Shown: positions 50,348 to 60,409, counted from the first letter of the stretch. The stretch: DNA of 64,000 nt from Thermoanaerobaculia bacterium (GCA_963719225.1 CAVRAY010000001.1:2688001-2752000), one strand, 5' to 3'. The notes: a model not told the origin generated them from the sequence alone. Translations and numbers: made by a program.

Positions 50348-51469
50348 TCAGCGCCCGCGCATCGGCCGCTGGAACGCGCTCCGGACGAGACGGTCGAGAA
50401 GCTTCGGAAGCGGCAGCCCCGTGGCTTCCCACAGCTTCGGGAACATCGAGATGGGGGTGAAGCCCGGCAGGGAGTTGATCTCGTTCACGAGCAACCGGTG
50501 CGTGCCGCGCTCGAGGAAGAAGTCGACGCGCGCGAAGCCGGCGCCGCCGAGGACGTCGAACGCGCGCACCGCGAGCGCCCGCACCTCGTCGCGGAACGAT
50601 TCGGGCAGATCGCACGGGATGATCGAACGCGAAAGCGTGCCGATGTACTTGTCCTCGTAGTCGTAGAACTCGCGGCCCGGCACGATCTCACCGGGAAGGG
50701 AAGCCTCCGTCGGCCGGCCGGCCTCGCCCTCGAGGACCGAACATTCGATTTCGCGGGCATCGACGCCCTGCTCCGCCAGGACGCGCCCATCCACGAGAAA
50801 CGCCTCCTCGACCGCGGGCGCCAAGCCCGCTTCGGACTTGACCTTCGAGACGCCCACCGACGAGCCGGCGCACGAGGGCTTCACGAAAAGCGGAAACCCA
50901 AGGCGGCTCGCGCGATGCACGATCGACGCGTGGCTCTCTTCCGCCTTCCACTCGGCGCGGGAAAACGCGACGTACGGTACCTGGGGCAGGCCGGCCGCGC
51001 CGAACGCGGCCTTCATGAAGATCTTGTCCATGCCGACGGCCGAGGCCGCGACGCCGAAGCCCACGTACGGGATGCCGAGCGACTCCAGAAGCCCCTGCAG
51101 CACGCCGTCCTCGCCGAACGTCCCGTGCACGATCGGAAAGAGCACCTCGGCTCCCGCTTCGTGCCAGGCGGAGAAGAACGAATCCACGATCTCCGAAGTC
51201 CGCGCCGCCTTGCTGCCCGGCTTGACGCCGTCGAGGAGCAGCTCCTTCGAAGGGCGGGAGAGCTGACGTTCGAGCTCGGTTTTCGACGCGGAAGGCGCGT
51301 GCCACAGCGCGTCTTTCCCGACGAAGAGCGGGATCGCCTCGTACGTGTCCTTGGGGAGATTCTCGAGAAGACACGCCGCCGAGACGAACGACACGCCGTG
51401 CTCGCGCGACGGGCCGCCGAAGACGACGCCGACGCGTCGGCGCGCGCGGACGCGGGGCGCCGAGCTCAC
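50348..51469 (-). CDS. ddl: D-alanine--D-alanine ligase
   Basis: FGGPSREHGVS, HGTFGEDG, GSSVG, YDYEDKY, NEINSLPGFT. Confidence 0.96.
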   Translation of the reverse strand: MSSAPRVRARRRVGVVFGGPSREHGVSFVSAACLLENLPKDTYEAIPLFVGKDALWHAPSASKTELERQLSRPSKELLLDGVKPGSKAARTSEIVDSFFSAWHEAGAEVLFPIVHGTFGEDGVLQGLLESLGIPYVGFGVAASAVGMDKIFMKAAFGAAGLPQVPYVAFSRAEWKAEESHASIVHRASRLGFPLFVKPSCAGSSVGVSKVKSEAGLAPAVEEAFLVDGRVLAEQGVDAREIECSVLEGEAGRPTEASLPGEIVPGREFYDYEDKYIGTLSRSIIPCDLPESFRDEVRALAVRAFDVLGGAGFARVDFFLERGTHRLLVNEINSLPGFTPISMFPKLWEATGLPLPKLLDRLVRSAFQRPMRGR

Positions 51470-51473
51470 GCGC

Positions 51474-53051
51474 TCACCCGAGCGTCACGAGCCGCGCCGA
51501 ATCGATGCCCTCGAGCGTCTTGACCGCTTTGACGAGATCCTGTCCGATCGCGCCGTTCGCCGCGTCGATCCGGACGACGGCGGCTGCCTGGCCGTCCTTT
51601 CCCCGTGCGAGAGCGAGGTCCGAGATGTTCACGCCGCGCGACCCCAGGAGGGTCCCGATACGCCCGACGACGCCCGGCACGTCGCGGTTTGCGATCACGA
51701 GAAGAGTCCCCTCGGGCGAGAACTCGAGTGACAGGCCGTTGACGCCCACGATCCGGCAATGCCGGTCCGAGAAGAGCGTCCCGGACGCGCTTCGGTCGCC
51801 CGCAGACACGGTGACGAGGCTCGCGTAGCCTCCCCCGTCTTCGCGCACGGAATCCGAAACCGAGATTCCGTTCAGCTTCGCGAGAGAAACGGCGTTCACG
51901 ATGTTGACGCCCTCGGCGAACGTCGAGACGACGCCCTTCACGGCGGCCACGACGCAGGCTTTCCGGATCGCCTCCGGTATTCCCGCAAGCGTCACGGTGA
52001 GCTGTCTCGGCGCCTCGGGCATCGACTGCCCCACGAATGCCCCGACCTTCTCGGCGAGGCGCATCCACGGGAGGGCCGCGTGCGGGTCGCCTCCGGAGGG
52101 AAACGGCAGGTTCACCGCTGCGACGAAGGGGGAGCCTTTCAGCGCCTCGGCGAGCATCTCGACGGTCTCCACCGCCACGCGATCCTGCGCCTCGACCGTG
52201 GAGGCCCCGAGGTGCGGCGTGCAGAGCACTTTCGGGTGCTTCACGAGCGAGAAGTCCTTCGGCGGCTCGACGGAAAAGACGTCGAGCGCCGCACCAGCGA
52301 GATGCCCGGAGTCGAGCGCGGCCGCGAGCGCGGCCTCGTCCACGAGGGCGCCGCGCGCGCAGTTCACCAGGATGGCGCCCTTCTTCATCGCCGCGAGCTG
52401 CCGGGCGCCGATGAGATGTTTCGTCTCCGAGCCGCCCGGCGCATGAAGCGAGACGACGTCGGATTTCGCGAGCAGCTCGTCCAGCGAGACGGGTGTCACG
52501 CCGAGCTCGGCGGTCCGCTCCGGCGTCACATAGGGGTCGAACGCGAGAAGCGTGACGTGCCAGGGGCGCAGCCGCGCGGCCACGCGGGCCCCGACCTGTC
52601 CGAGGCCCACGAGGCCCACGGTCTTGCCCTGCAGCTCCGTTCCGACGAACTTCGTGCGCTTCCATTCCCCGGCTTTCAGCGAGGTCTGTGCCTCGGGAAT
52701 CTTGCGCAGGAACGAGAGAAGAAGCGCGATCGCATGCTCCGCCGCGGAGACGACGTTCCCGGACGGAGCGTTGACGACGAGGACCCCGCGCTCGGTGGCC
52801 GCCTTCACGTCGACGTTGTCGAGGCCGACTCCCGCCCGTCCGACGACGCGGAGCTTCTTCCCGGCGGTCAGGAGCTCTCGGTCCACCTGGGTCGCGGAGC
52901 GCACGACGAGCGCGTCGTAGTCGCCGATCGCCGCCAGGAGCGCTCCCCGGGACAGATCGGTGCGGACGTCCGCCACGAGGCCCTCTTTCGAAAGCACCGC
53001 GAGGCCGGTCTGGGAGAGTGGCTCGGCGATGAGGACGCGCGGACCGCTCAC
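51474..53051 (-). CDS. serA: D-3-phosphoglycerate dehydrogenase (long form with ACT domain)
   Basis: GRAGVGLDNVD, GLGQVG, NCARG, TPHLGAST, DVPGVVGRIG...VNI. GTG start at 53051. Confidence 0.96.
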   Translation of the reverse strand: MSGPRVLIAEPLSQTGLAVLSKEGLVADVRTDLSRGALLAAIGDYDALVVRSATQVDRELLTAGKKLRVVGRAGVGLDNVDVKAATERGVLVVNAPSGNVVSAAEHAIALLLSFLRKIPEAQTSLKAGEWKRTKFVGTELQGKTVGLVGLGQVGARVAARLRPWHVTLLAFDPYVTPERTAELGVTPVSLDELLAKSDVVSLHAPGGSETKHLIGARQLAAMKKGAILVNCARGALVDEAALAAALDSGHLAGAALDVFSVEPPKDFSLVKHPKVLCTPHLGASTVEAQDRVAVETVEMLAEALKGSPFVAAVNLPFPSGGDPHAALPWMRLAEKVGAFVGQSMPEAPRQLTVTLAGIPEAIRKACVVAAVKGVVSTFAEGVNIVNAVSLAKLNGISVSDSVREDGGGYASLVTVSAGDRSASGTLFSDRHCRIVGVNGLSLEFSPEGTLLVIANRDVPGVVGRIGTLLGSRGVNISDLALARGKDGQAAAVVRIDAANGAIGQDLVKAVKTLEGIDSARLVTLG

Positions 53052-54175
53052 GCGGGCTGCCCGGCCCTCGGCCGCATCGAGGCCATGGCCTCCTCGTGAG
53101 CCTTCAGGTAGGCCTCGACGGAGGCAACGTCCACGTCGCCCATGTGGCCGATGCGCACGTTCGTGGGCTTCAGCTTTCCGTAACCGGAGCCCGTCGTCCA
53201 TTTCATGCCCTTGAGGGCCTTGTTCAGCTCTTCCGCGTTCACGCCCTCCGGCGGGATGAGGGACGTGACGGTGGGCGAATGCGCGCCCGCCTCGGCGAAC
53301 ACGCGGAAGCCGTTCTTCGCCGCCCAGTCCTCCACGGCCTTTCGCATCGCGCCGTGCCGCGCCCAGCGGTTCTCGATTCCCTCGGCGAGGATGTGGTCCA
53401 GCTGGATGTCGAGAGCGTAGAGGAGCGGCAGACACGGCGTCGTCGGCGTCTGTTTCTTGGCCGCGAAGGCCTCGATGTCGACGAGGTCGAGGTACAGGCC
53501 GCGGAATTTCTTCTTCTTCGCGGCGGCCATCGCGCGCTCGGAGACGGCGAAGAGTGCGAGTCCCGGCGGCAGCGCGAGGGCTTTCTGCGAACCCGTGAGA
53601 ACGACGTCGAGACCCCACTCGTCCGTCTCCACGCGCGTTCCTGCGACCGACGTCACGGCGTCGGCGAAGACGAGCGCGTCGGAATTCTCGCGAACCACCT
53701 TCGCGATCGCCCCGAGGTCCGAGAGCACGCCCGTGGACGTCTCGCTGTGCACGACGGTCACCGCGGCGTACTTCTTTTCCGCGAGCTTTTTCTTCACGGC
53801 GTCGGGCTTGACGGCCTCGCCCCACTCGAACTTGAGGACGTCCGTCTCCAGCCCAAGACGCGACGCCATCTCTCCCCACTTTCCGGAGAAAGCTCCGTTG
53901 GACAGACAGAGAACGGGACCCTCGACGCAGGAGACGAGCGCGGCTTCCCAGACGCCGGTCGCCGAGGACGCGAGCGTGTGGGCCGTGCGCGCGGTCCGGA
54001 AGACCTTGGGAAGCTTCTCGAGGATTCGTCCGTAGAGGTCCATGAAAGCCTGCGAGCGGTGGGAGAGCATGGGACCGGTCAGCGCCTGCAACACCTGGGG
54101 CCTCACCCACACGGGACCCGGGTTGAAGAAGCGCACCTGGCCGGGAGAGCCGGAGGTCGAATCGAAGTTCGTCAT
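53048..54175 (-). CDS. Class V PLP aminotransferase (alanine-glyoxylate/serine-pyruvate family; possible SerC substitute)
   Basis: PGPV, HRS, HSETSTGV, DAVTS, GSQKALALPPG, RIGHMG. Coupled to serA. Confidence 0.9.
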   Translation of the reverse strand: MTNFDSTSGSPGQVRFFNPGPVWVRPQVLQALTGPMLSHRSQAFMDLYGRILEKLPKVFRTARTAHTLASSATGVWEAALVSCVEGPVLCLSNGAFSGKWGEMASRLGLETDVLKFEWGEAVKPDAVKKKLAEKKYAAVTVVHSETSTGVLSDLGAIAKVVRENSDALVFADAVTSVAGTRVETDEWGLDVVLTGSQKALALPPGLALFAVSERAMAAAKKKKFRGLYLDLVDIEAFAAKKQTPTTPCLPLLYALDIQLDHILAEGIENRWARHGAMRKAVEDWAAKNGFRVFAEAGAHSPTVTSLIPPEGVNAEELNKALKGMKWTTGSGYGKLKPTNVRIGHMGDVDVASVEAYLKAHEEAMASMRPRAGQPA

Positions 54176-54186
54176 GGCGCTGGATT

Positions 54187-54846
54187 CTACGAGGCCACGA
54201 GGAGAGGCAGAAGCTCTTCGAGATTTTCGACGATGGCGTCAGGAGAACACGCTTCGAGCTCTTTTCGTGTCGCGCTGCCGCTCGGAAGTGCGATGATGGA
54301 AAGTTCGGCCGCCCGGGCCGTGGCGACGTCGATCGGCATGTCGCCCACGAAGATCGTGTCGCGCGCGGGAACCAGGAGCGTGGCCAGCGCCATGAAGACC
54401 ATGTGCGGGGCGGGCTTCGGCGGGAAGCCGTCGTCGGGCCCGGCGACGAAGGCGAACCGGCCCGCGAGGCCGAGCCACTCCAGGAGCGGCCGCGTGAAGC
54501 GGGCCGGCTTGTTGGACGCGATGGCGAGGCGGATGCCACTCTCGAAGAGCCGCCGTGTGACGAGCTCGGCGCCCGGCAGGAGCCGCGTGGACTCGACCCC
54601 GACTCTCTCGTAGCGCTCGCGAAAGAGCCGCACGCCTTCGGCGACGTTCTCCTGCCCGACGGCCTTGGCGACGAGCACCTCGAGGCCGTGGCCGACCATC
54701 CGGCGCGTCTCGTCCCTCGTGATGGGAGGGCGTCCGAAGGCTTCGAGGACCACGCCGAGCGACTCGTGGATCGGCGCGTACGCGTCGACGAGCGTGCCGT
54801 CGAGGTCGAAGATGACGGCTCGCGGGTGGGGCGGGAGAGACGCCAC
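54187..54846 (-). CDS. HAD-superfamily hydrolase (phosphoglycolate phosphatase-like)
   Basis: FDLDGTLVD, SNK, KPAP, VGDMPIDV. Confidence 0.88.
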   Translation of the reverse strand: MASLPPHPRAVIFDLDGTLVDAYAPIHESLGVVLEAFGRPPITRDETRRMVGHGLEVLVAKAVGQENVAEGVRLFRERYERVGVESTRLLPGAELVTRRLFESGIRLAIASNKPARFTRPLLEWLGLAGRFAFVAGPDDGFPPKPAPHMVFMALATLLVPARDTIFVGDMPIDVATARAAELSIIALPSGSATRKELEACSPDAIVENLEELLPLLVAS

Positions 54847-55800
54847 TCAGTCCACGACGAGCACGATCTTGCCCACGTTCTCGTTCGCTGCCATGCGGCG
54901 GTGAGCGTCGGCGGCTGCCGAGAGCGGGAAGCTCCGGTCCACGACCGGGACGAGAGAGCCGTCCGCGAAGCCGGGCAGGACGTCTCTCACGAACGAGGCC
55001 GTCAGGTCGATCTTCTCCGCGAGCGGACGGCTCCGGAGCGTCGATCCGATGATCCGCAGCCGCTTGACGAGCACGATGCGCAGATCGATCTCGGCCGAAG
55101 GCCCGGCCATGCTCGCGATGAGGACGATCCGTCCGCCGCGCCGGAGCGCCTTGAGGTTCGGAGCAAAGAGAGGCCCCCCCACCGGATCGAGCACGAGGTC
55201 GATCGACTCCTTGCCGAACGTCTGCTCGATGCGGCTCAGGAACTCCTCGCGGGAGGTGTCGACCGCGAGATCCGCCCCGAGAGCGACGAGAGCATCGCAT
55301 TTCTTCGCGCTGCGCGCCGTCGCGACGACGGAGGCTCCAGCCCGCTTTGCGAGCCGGATCGCGGCCGTCCCGACGCCCGAGCCCGCCGCATGGACGAGAA
55401 CGCGCTGTCCCTCCCTCAGCCCGCCTTCGTGGAACAGGTTCAGATATGCGGTGAACCACGCCTCGGGAATCGCCGCCGCGTCCGAAAACGAGAGCGAGCG
55501 CGGGATCGGTATGAGCATGGCCCGCGGCACGGCCACCCTTTCGGCGTAGCCGCCCCCGGAGAGCAGGAAGAAGACCCTCTCCCCCGTCCCCTCCACCTCT
55601 CCCGCAGCCTCGAGTCCCAGGATCTCCGAGGCGCCGGGAGGAGGAGGGTACTTGCCCTGCGATTGCAGCAGGTCGGCGCGGTTCACCGCCGTGGCTCGCA
55701 CGCGCACGACGACCTCGCCGGGCCCCGGCACCGGATCCGGCACCTCGCCCCACACGAGAGCTTCGGGTCCGCCGGGCTTGGGGACGAGGATGGCTTTCAT
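54847..55800 (-). CDS. NAD(P)H-quinone oxidoreductase (MDR, PIG3-like)
   Basis: VNRADLLQ..GKYPPPPGASEILGLE, HAAGSGVG, GSTLRSR, GKIVL. Confidence 0.92.
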   Translation of the reverse strand: MKAILVPKPGGPEALVWGEVPDPVPGPGEVVVRVRATAVNRADLLQSQGKYPPPPGASEILGLEAAGEVEGTGERVFFLLSGGGYAERVAVPRAMLIPIPRSLSFSDAAAIPEAWFTAYLNLFHEGGLREGQRVLVHAAGSGVGTAAIRLAKRAGASVVATARSAKKCDALVALGADLAVDTSREEFLSRIEQTFGKESIDLVLDPVGGPLFAPNLKALRRGGRIVLIASMAGPSAEIDLRIVLVKRLRIIGSTLRSRPLAEKIDLTASFVRDVLPGFADGSLVPVVDRSFPLSAAADAHRRMAANENVGKIVLVVD

Positions 55801-55812
55801 GCAACCTTGATT

Positions 55813-55910
55813 GTCATAGAAAGAAGAGAAGACCGGGGGTTTCTTAGAAAGAAAAGAGAATTGAAGATTTTCTTAGAAAGGAAAGAAGACCAGGAACCTC
55901 TGAGAATGAA
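55813..55910. repeat. AT/purine-rich degenerate tandem array, ~28-29 bp period
   Basis: TAGAAAG at 55817, 55845 and 55874, and GAGAATG at 55902. Units at 55817-55834 and 55874-55891 match 16/18. Confidence 0.6.
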
Positions 55911-57607
55911 AATCGGGGGATCGGAGCGGGGTGCCCAGTGGCGCGGTCCGTCACGACTGCGACGACGTCCGGATCGTTCTCGCAGAGCGGCTCCCGGCCC
56001 GTCGCCGCGCGGCACACCTCGATTTTCGGGTAGAGCTCGCTCCGGTATCCCTCGACGACCACGACGTCACACGAGCCAAGCCCATATTCCCCTTCTAAGA
56101 AAACGGACAGAGCCGGCCGCAGGTTGGCTCCAGCCGCGCCCGTGCTCGGGTCCGAAGCAGAAATCTCCGGTGGCCTCCGGTGCACCGCGCTTCGCCGCCC
56201 CGCGACGAGGATCGCGGGCTCGGCGCCCGCCGCCTTGTGGCGCTGCGAGTCCTTGCCTTCGACGTCGGTCTCGTATTCGTGGTCCGTGTGCTTGAGCGAG
56301 CCGACCCTCAAGCCGTCCTTCACGAGCGCCTCGATGAGCTTCACGGCGACGGTCGTCTTGCCCGATTCGTGGGCGCCGGTGACGAGGAGGACCACCGGGG
56401 ATGAAGATCTCTTGGAAGGGTAAAGGAGGCCGCGTTCGCGCGAGGAAGCGAAACGTGCGATGTCGGCCGGAAAACTCTCGATCCAGGAGTCCAGGCTCGC
56501 GCCTTCATCCACGAGCTGCCGGTATTTCGCGGTGCCGGTCAGGAGGTCGATCGCGGGGACGTCGTCGCGGTACTCGTACGCTTCCGTCCGCCAGCGAAAC
56601 CGGTCCGGGTCCAGGTCGTGAAGGGCTTTCAGCAAGCGCAGGTACGTCTCGTACGGTCGGAACGCGCCGCGGTCCGTCACGTGGACCTGCACGCCGCCGC
56701 AGGTTTTTCCCGCGTGCTTCTGGAACGTTGGCTTGAAGACGTGCGGCCGAAAGACGGCGCCGTGGAGTCCGAGGGCGTTCGCCGCGTCGGCCGCTTCCTC
56801 CGCGTCGAGCCACGGCGCGCCGACGAGCTCGAAGGGCCGCGTCGTGCCGCGCCCCTCCGAGAGATTCGCCCCCTCGACGAGGCAACCGCCGGGATAGACG
56901 AGGGCGGTCTCTCGCGTCGGCATGTTCGGGGACGGGAGGACCCAGGCGGGCGTCTCGGCGACTTCGCGGCGCGAGGGCGCGCGGCCGCCCTTGCGCATCG
57001 GCACGACGGTGAGGTCGCAGCCGAGGCGATACTCGGTGTTCAAGAAGCGCGCGATCTCGCCGGGCGTCATCCCGTGGCGGACCGGCACCGGATACAGGCC
57101 GACGAAGGACAGCAGCCTCTCCTCGGGCAGGTTGCCCTCGAGGATCTCGCCGCCGAGCGGATTCGGCCGGTCGAGAACGACGACGGGAATTCCGCGCGCG
57201 GCGCAGGCCTTCATCATCAGCGCCGTCGTCCACACGAACGTGTAGTAACGGCTGCCCACGTCGGGAAGGTCGGAAACCACGGCGTCGAGATCGCGCAGGT
57301 GCTCCGGCTTCGGAGAGAGCTCTTCGAACGTCGAGCCGTAGAGGGAAACGATCGGCACGCTGCAGGACGCGCAGCCCGCCACCGCTTCCATGTCCTGCGC
57401 CGCACCCCAGAACCCGTGCTCGGGCCCGAAGAGGACGCGCACGTCGTACCCCGCGTCGCGAAGCGCGCGCTCGGCCGGGACGAATGCCGACGTCACCGAG
57501 GCCGCGTTCGCGAGAAGGCCGATCCTCTTGCCGCGAAGAACCTCGCTTGCGCTCTCGCCTTCCGTTAACAGCATGTCGAGACCGGTCTTCACGCGCGAAG
57601 GTTTCAC
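55844..57607 (-). CDS. Fusion of NamZ/DUF1343 exo-beta-N-acetylmuramidase and MobB
   Basis: N-part: LFGPEHG, SLYG, DVGSRYYTF, LDRPNP, RHGMTPGE, PSPNMP, SEGRGT. C-part: GAHESGKTT, LKH, GKDS.RH..AGA, VVEGY, PKIEV. Confidence 0.85.
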   Translation of the reverse strand: MKPSRVKTGLDMLLTEGESASEVLRGKRIGLLANAASVTSAFVPAERALRDAGYDVRVLFGPEHGFWGAAQDMEAVAGCASCSVPIVSLYGSTFEELSPKPEHLRDLDAVVSDLPDVGSRYYTFVWTTALMMKACAARGIPVVVLDRPNPLGGEILEGNLPEERLLSFVGLYPVPVRHGMTPGEIARFLNTEYRLGCDLTVVPMRKGGRAPSRREVAETPAWVLPSPNMPTRETALVYPGGCLVEGANLSEGRGTTRPFELVGAPWLDAEEAADAANALGLHGAVFRPHVFKPTFQKHAGKTCGGVQVHVTDRGAFRPYETYLRLLKALHDLDPDRFRWRTEAYEYRDDVPAIDLLTGTAKYRQLVDEGASLDSWIESFPADIARFASSRERGLLYPSKRSSSPVVLLVTGAHESGKTTVAVKLIEALVKDGLRVGSLKHTDHEYETDVEGKDSQRHKAAGAEPAILVAGRRSAVHRRPPEISASDPSTGAAGANLRPALSVFLEGEYGLGSCDVVVVEGYRSELYPKIEVCRAATGREPLCENDPDVVAVVTDRATGHPAPIPRFSFSEVPGLLSFLRKSSILFSF

Positions 57608-57638
57608 GCGATCGAGTCTAACCGCCGCGGGCGCCTTG

Positions 57639-57669
57639 AAAAGGAAACGGCGGGCCGGGTGGCCCGCCG
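57639..57669 (-). terminator. Rho-independent terminator after the collagen-like gene
   Basis: CGGCGGGCC-ACCC-GGCCCGCCG followed by TTTCCTTTT on the minus strand. Confidence 0.75.
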
Positions 57670-57693
57670 CTCCGTTCGAAGGATAGAGAGAGA

Positions 57694-59363
57694 TCAGGGA
57701 ACAGCGTACTTGAGGGAGATGCCGATCGAGTTCACCGCGAAGTTCGGATTCTTGTTGAAGAGGATCGAGAGCGTGTCACCGTCCAAGAACGTTATGGTGG
57801 ACGAGAGCTCGCTGCACACGCGGCCCGTGCCGCTTATCGTGCAGGTGAGCCCGGTGCTCACGCCGTTCTTCCGAATCGTCACCGTCGCGGTTTTGCCCAA
57901 CCCGGGGGCCGGACTGATCGCAAAACGGAGAGCGGTCGCGGTGCCGGCCGGCATCGGAAGCTGAACGTCCGTCTCGGCCGACGCGGCCGACGCGCCCCAC
58001 GGACCGAAGAAAGTACTGTCGGTCACGTTGTTGACGACCGTCACGCCGATCACGGCGCCGCCGCCGGTCGCACCGGTTGCGCCCGTCGGTCCCTGAGGCC
58101 CAGTCGCCCCGGTCAAACCGATCGGACCTTGCGGTCCCGTCGCGCCTGTCGCACCCGTTGCGCCGGTGGCACCGGTCGAGCCAGTGGGCCCGCCATTGCC
58201 GATCGGACCCTGCGGTCCCGTCGCGCCCGTGGCGCCCGTCGCCCCGGCCGGACCGACGACCGAGACGCCCGAACCCGGCCACCCGCCGGAGGCCTTCGGG
58301 CCGTAGAAGGAATTCGTCGACGTGTCGACGTAGAAGTCTCCGTCCACACCCACTCCGGCGCCGGGAGCTCCAATGCCGTTCAGGAGGGTTTTTCCGTCCT
58401 GACCGTTGGTTCCGTTCGAGCCGGCGGGACCCTGGGAACCGGTCGCACCCGTGGCACCGGTCGCGCCGGTGTTACCGATCGGACCCTGCGGTCCTGTCGC
58501 ACCCGTGGCACCTGTCAGGCCGATCGGACCCTGCGGTCCTGTCGCGCCCGCCGATCCGGCAGGGCCAGTCGGCCCGGCCGGTCCCGTGGCACCGACCGGA
58601 CCCTGAGGACCGGCAGGGCCGTTGGTCCCTGCTGGGCCGGCCGGACCCGCCGGAACGGACGTCGCGATCGTGAGCGAACCTGCCCCGGCCGTGACCGTCA
58701 CGTTTGCGCCCGCATTGAGAGTGAGCGCGCCCGTGAGTGTGTTGACCGACGTCACCACGCTCGGTCCGTAGTAGCCGTTCACGTCCACGACGATGTCCGC
58801 CCCGCTCACGCCGAACGCGATCGAAATCGCGCCGCCCGCGCCCAGCGGCACGACCGCGGCGTTCGCGATCGTCTGTCCCCCGACGAAGTTCAGCGTCGAC
58901 ACCAAGGGAGTGCAGCACCCGAGGGCCACGCCAACAGGTGGCCCGGTCCGAGCGTGTTCGTCGCCGTGAGGTTGGAGGAGACGGCTACGGCACCCGAGGG
59001 AATGCCGCACTGCCCCGTGATGGGGATATCGCGCACGACGGCGGCAATGACGGAAGGCGGGCCGAATGCACCCGTGAATCCGTTGCCCCGCGTATCGGCT
59101 ACGCGACAAGGCGTGATTGCGACGAACGGGGCGGGCGCCGATTGCGACGGGAGCGCGCTGACGTCGAGCGCGTGTCGCGTGCTCTTCGAGTCGGCGGCGG
59201 ACGTCGAGTCGGAAGCCGCCGTCGCCTGCCAGTAGGGCGGAGCGGACCAGTTTTCGATCTGGTCCGATTCAGCGCGAACTGGAGTTGCCATAGCGCACGT
59301 TGCAAGGATCGCCTAGCCTCGGGGAATCGAGGCAAAAGAAATGTCGCTTTTGCGACGCTGCAA
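57694..59363 (-). pseudogene. Collagen-like surface protein gene with an in-frame TAG and a frameshift
   Basis: The N-terminal domain ([13 protein letters not shown]...[13 protein letters not shown]) continues as LVSTLNF...ANAAVVPL...VDVNGYY in another frame at ~58905. TAG at 59313-59315 lies within a signal-peptide-like stretch. Confidence 0.75.
58063..58650 (-). repeat. Gly-X-Y collagen triplet repeats ([12 protein letters not shown]), split by a ~45-aa non-collagen module
   Basis: Translation of ORF 57694..59109. Confidence 0.9.
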
Positions 59364-59481
59364 TCGCGATTCCGCCGATCCTTCAAGGCGCCGTGACACA
59401 CTGCGGCGAGACGTTGATGTGTCATCCGTTTTCCGCACCCGCTCTGCGCACAGGAATCGGGCGGCCTCGCGGCGGGCGCCT

Positions 59482-60375
59482 TCAGGCCGAGAGGGTCTTC
59501 GTCTCCGCTCCGCGGTAATAGAGAGCGAGAATGGCGTCTCGACTTTCGCCGCGTTTCGCACGCGCGATCGCACCGGCCTGGCACATTCCGGCGCCATGGC
59601 CCGTGCCGCGTCCCGACAAGAGATATGCCGGCCGCGATTCCTCGAGAGCGAAAGCCGTCGAGCGCACGGAGTCCCAGCCCCAGAGCTCCGACGCGGCCTT
59701 GCGAAACTCGAATCCGCGTACGACACGAGAGGCTCCGCCCGGCGCCGCGAAACGCACCATCGAGACGCGCCCGCTCGCATCGTGGCCGTACACCTCCAGA
59801 AACCGCGCGTCACCGAAGCCGAGTGAGGACGAAAGAGTCGAAAGGGCGGGGCGCGGAATCGTGTAGGACCAGGCCGCGCCCGGCGCTCCCACGCAGGCGT
59901 CGTCCTCGACGGACTCGAGGTCGGGGATCTCCTCGTCGTCCCACACGTCCCTCGGGCGCGCCGTCCGGCCGCCGCAAACGGCATGAAAAGGCGCGGCGAT
60001 GACGCGGCCCTTCTGAGTCAGGACGACACCTGCCGTGGCGGCCGCCGCCCGCCGCGAATCTTCCGTGGCCGCAGAGAGCCCCTGAAAGACCTGGCAATGC
60101 GTGCCGTCGCACAGATCCGCGCCGTTTTCGAGATGGCGCTCTTCGCGCGCGAGCGCGTACGACCGCGCCGCGACGGCCTGGGCTTCGAGCGCCGCCGGGG
60201 GCGCGCGGCCGATCTCCCTCGGCACTACGGCCGCCACGTATTCCTCGAGATCGACTTCCTCGACGGCGCCCGTCTTCACGCGAAGAATCTTCCGCGTCCG
60301 TGGGGCGGCCGAAGCCGCGGCCCGAAACGTCGCGCCGAGCGCGAGGAGAGAGGCGAGCAGGAACCGCCTGGTCAC
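59482..60375 (-). CDS. SpoIID/LytB-domain lytic transglycosylase
   Basis: LEEYVAAVVPRE, ALEAQAVAARSY, LCDGTHCQVF, GHGAGMCQAGA, ILALYY. GTG start at 60375 with a signal peptide. Confidence 0.9.
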   Translation of the reverse strand: MTRRFLLASLLALGATFRAAASAAPRTRKILRVKTGAVEEVDLEEYVAAVVPREIGRAPPAALEAQAVAARSYALAREERHLENGADLCDGTHCQVFQGLSAATEDSRRAAAATAGVVLTQKGRVIAAPFHAVCGGRTARPRDVWDDEEIPDLESVEDDACVGAPGAAWSYTIPRPALSTLSSSLGFGDARFLEVYGHDASGRVSMVRFAAPGGASRVVRGFEFRKAASELWGWDSVRSTAFALEESRPAYLLSGRGTGHGAGMCQAGAIARAKRGESRDAILALYYRGAETKTLSA

Positions 60376-60409
60376 GGGGGTGAATTGTAGAGGTCGGAAC
60401 GGCTGAGGG

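Noticed and set aside
55813-55910. Possible CRISPR array
   Set aside because: The period is too short, the repeats are degenerate, there are no unique spacers, and no cas genes are in the window.
55797-56015. 72-aa minus-strand ORF with hydrophobic stretch
   Set aside because: It overlaps the namZ-mobB 3' end in another frame, and its composition is explained by the polypyrimidine tract.
59313-59315. Amber readthrough or pyrrolysine recoding
   Set aside because: TAG is used as a normal stop elsewhere (rplE, tuf, rpoC), no pyl genes are seen, and a second lesion exists in the same gene.
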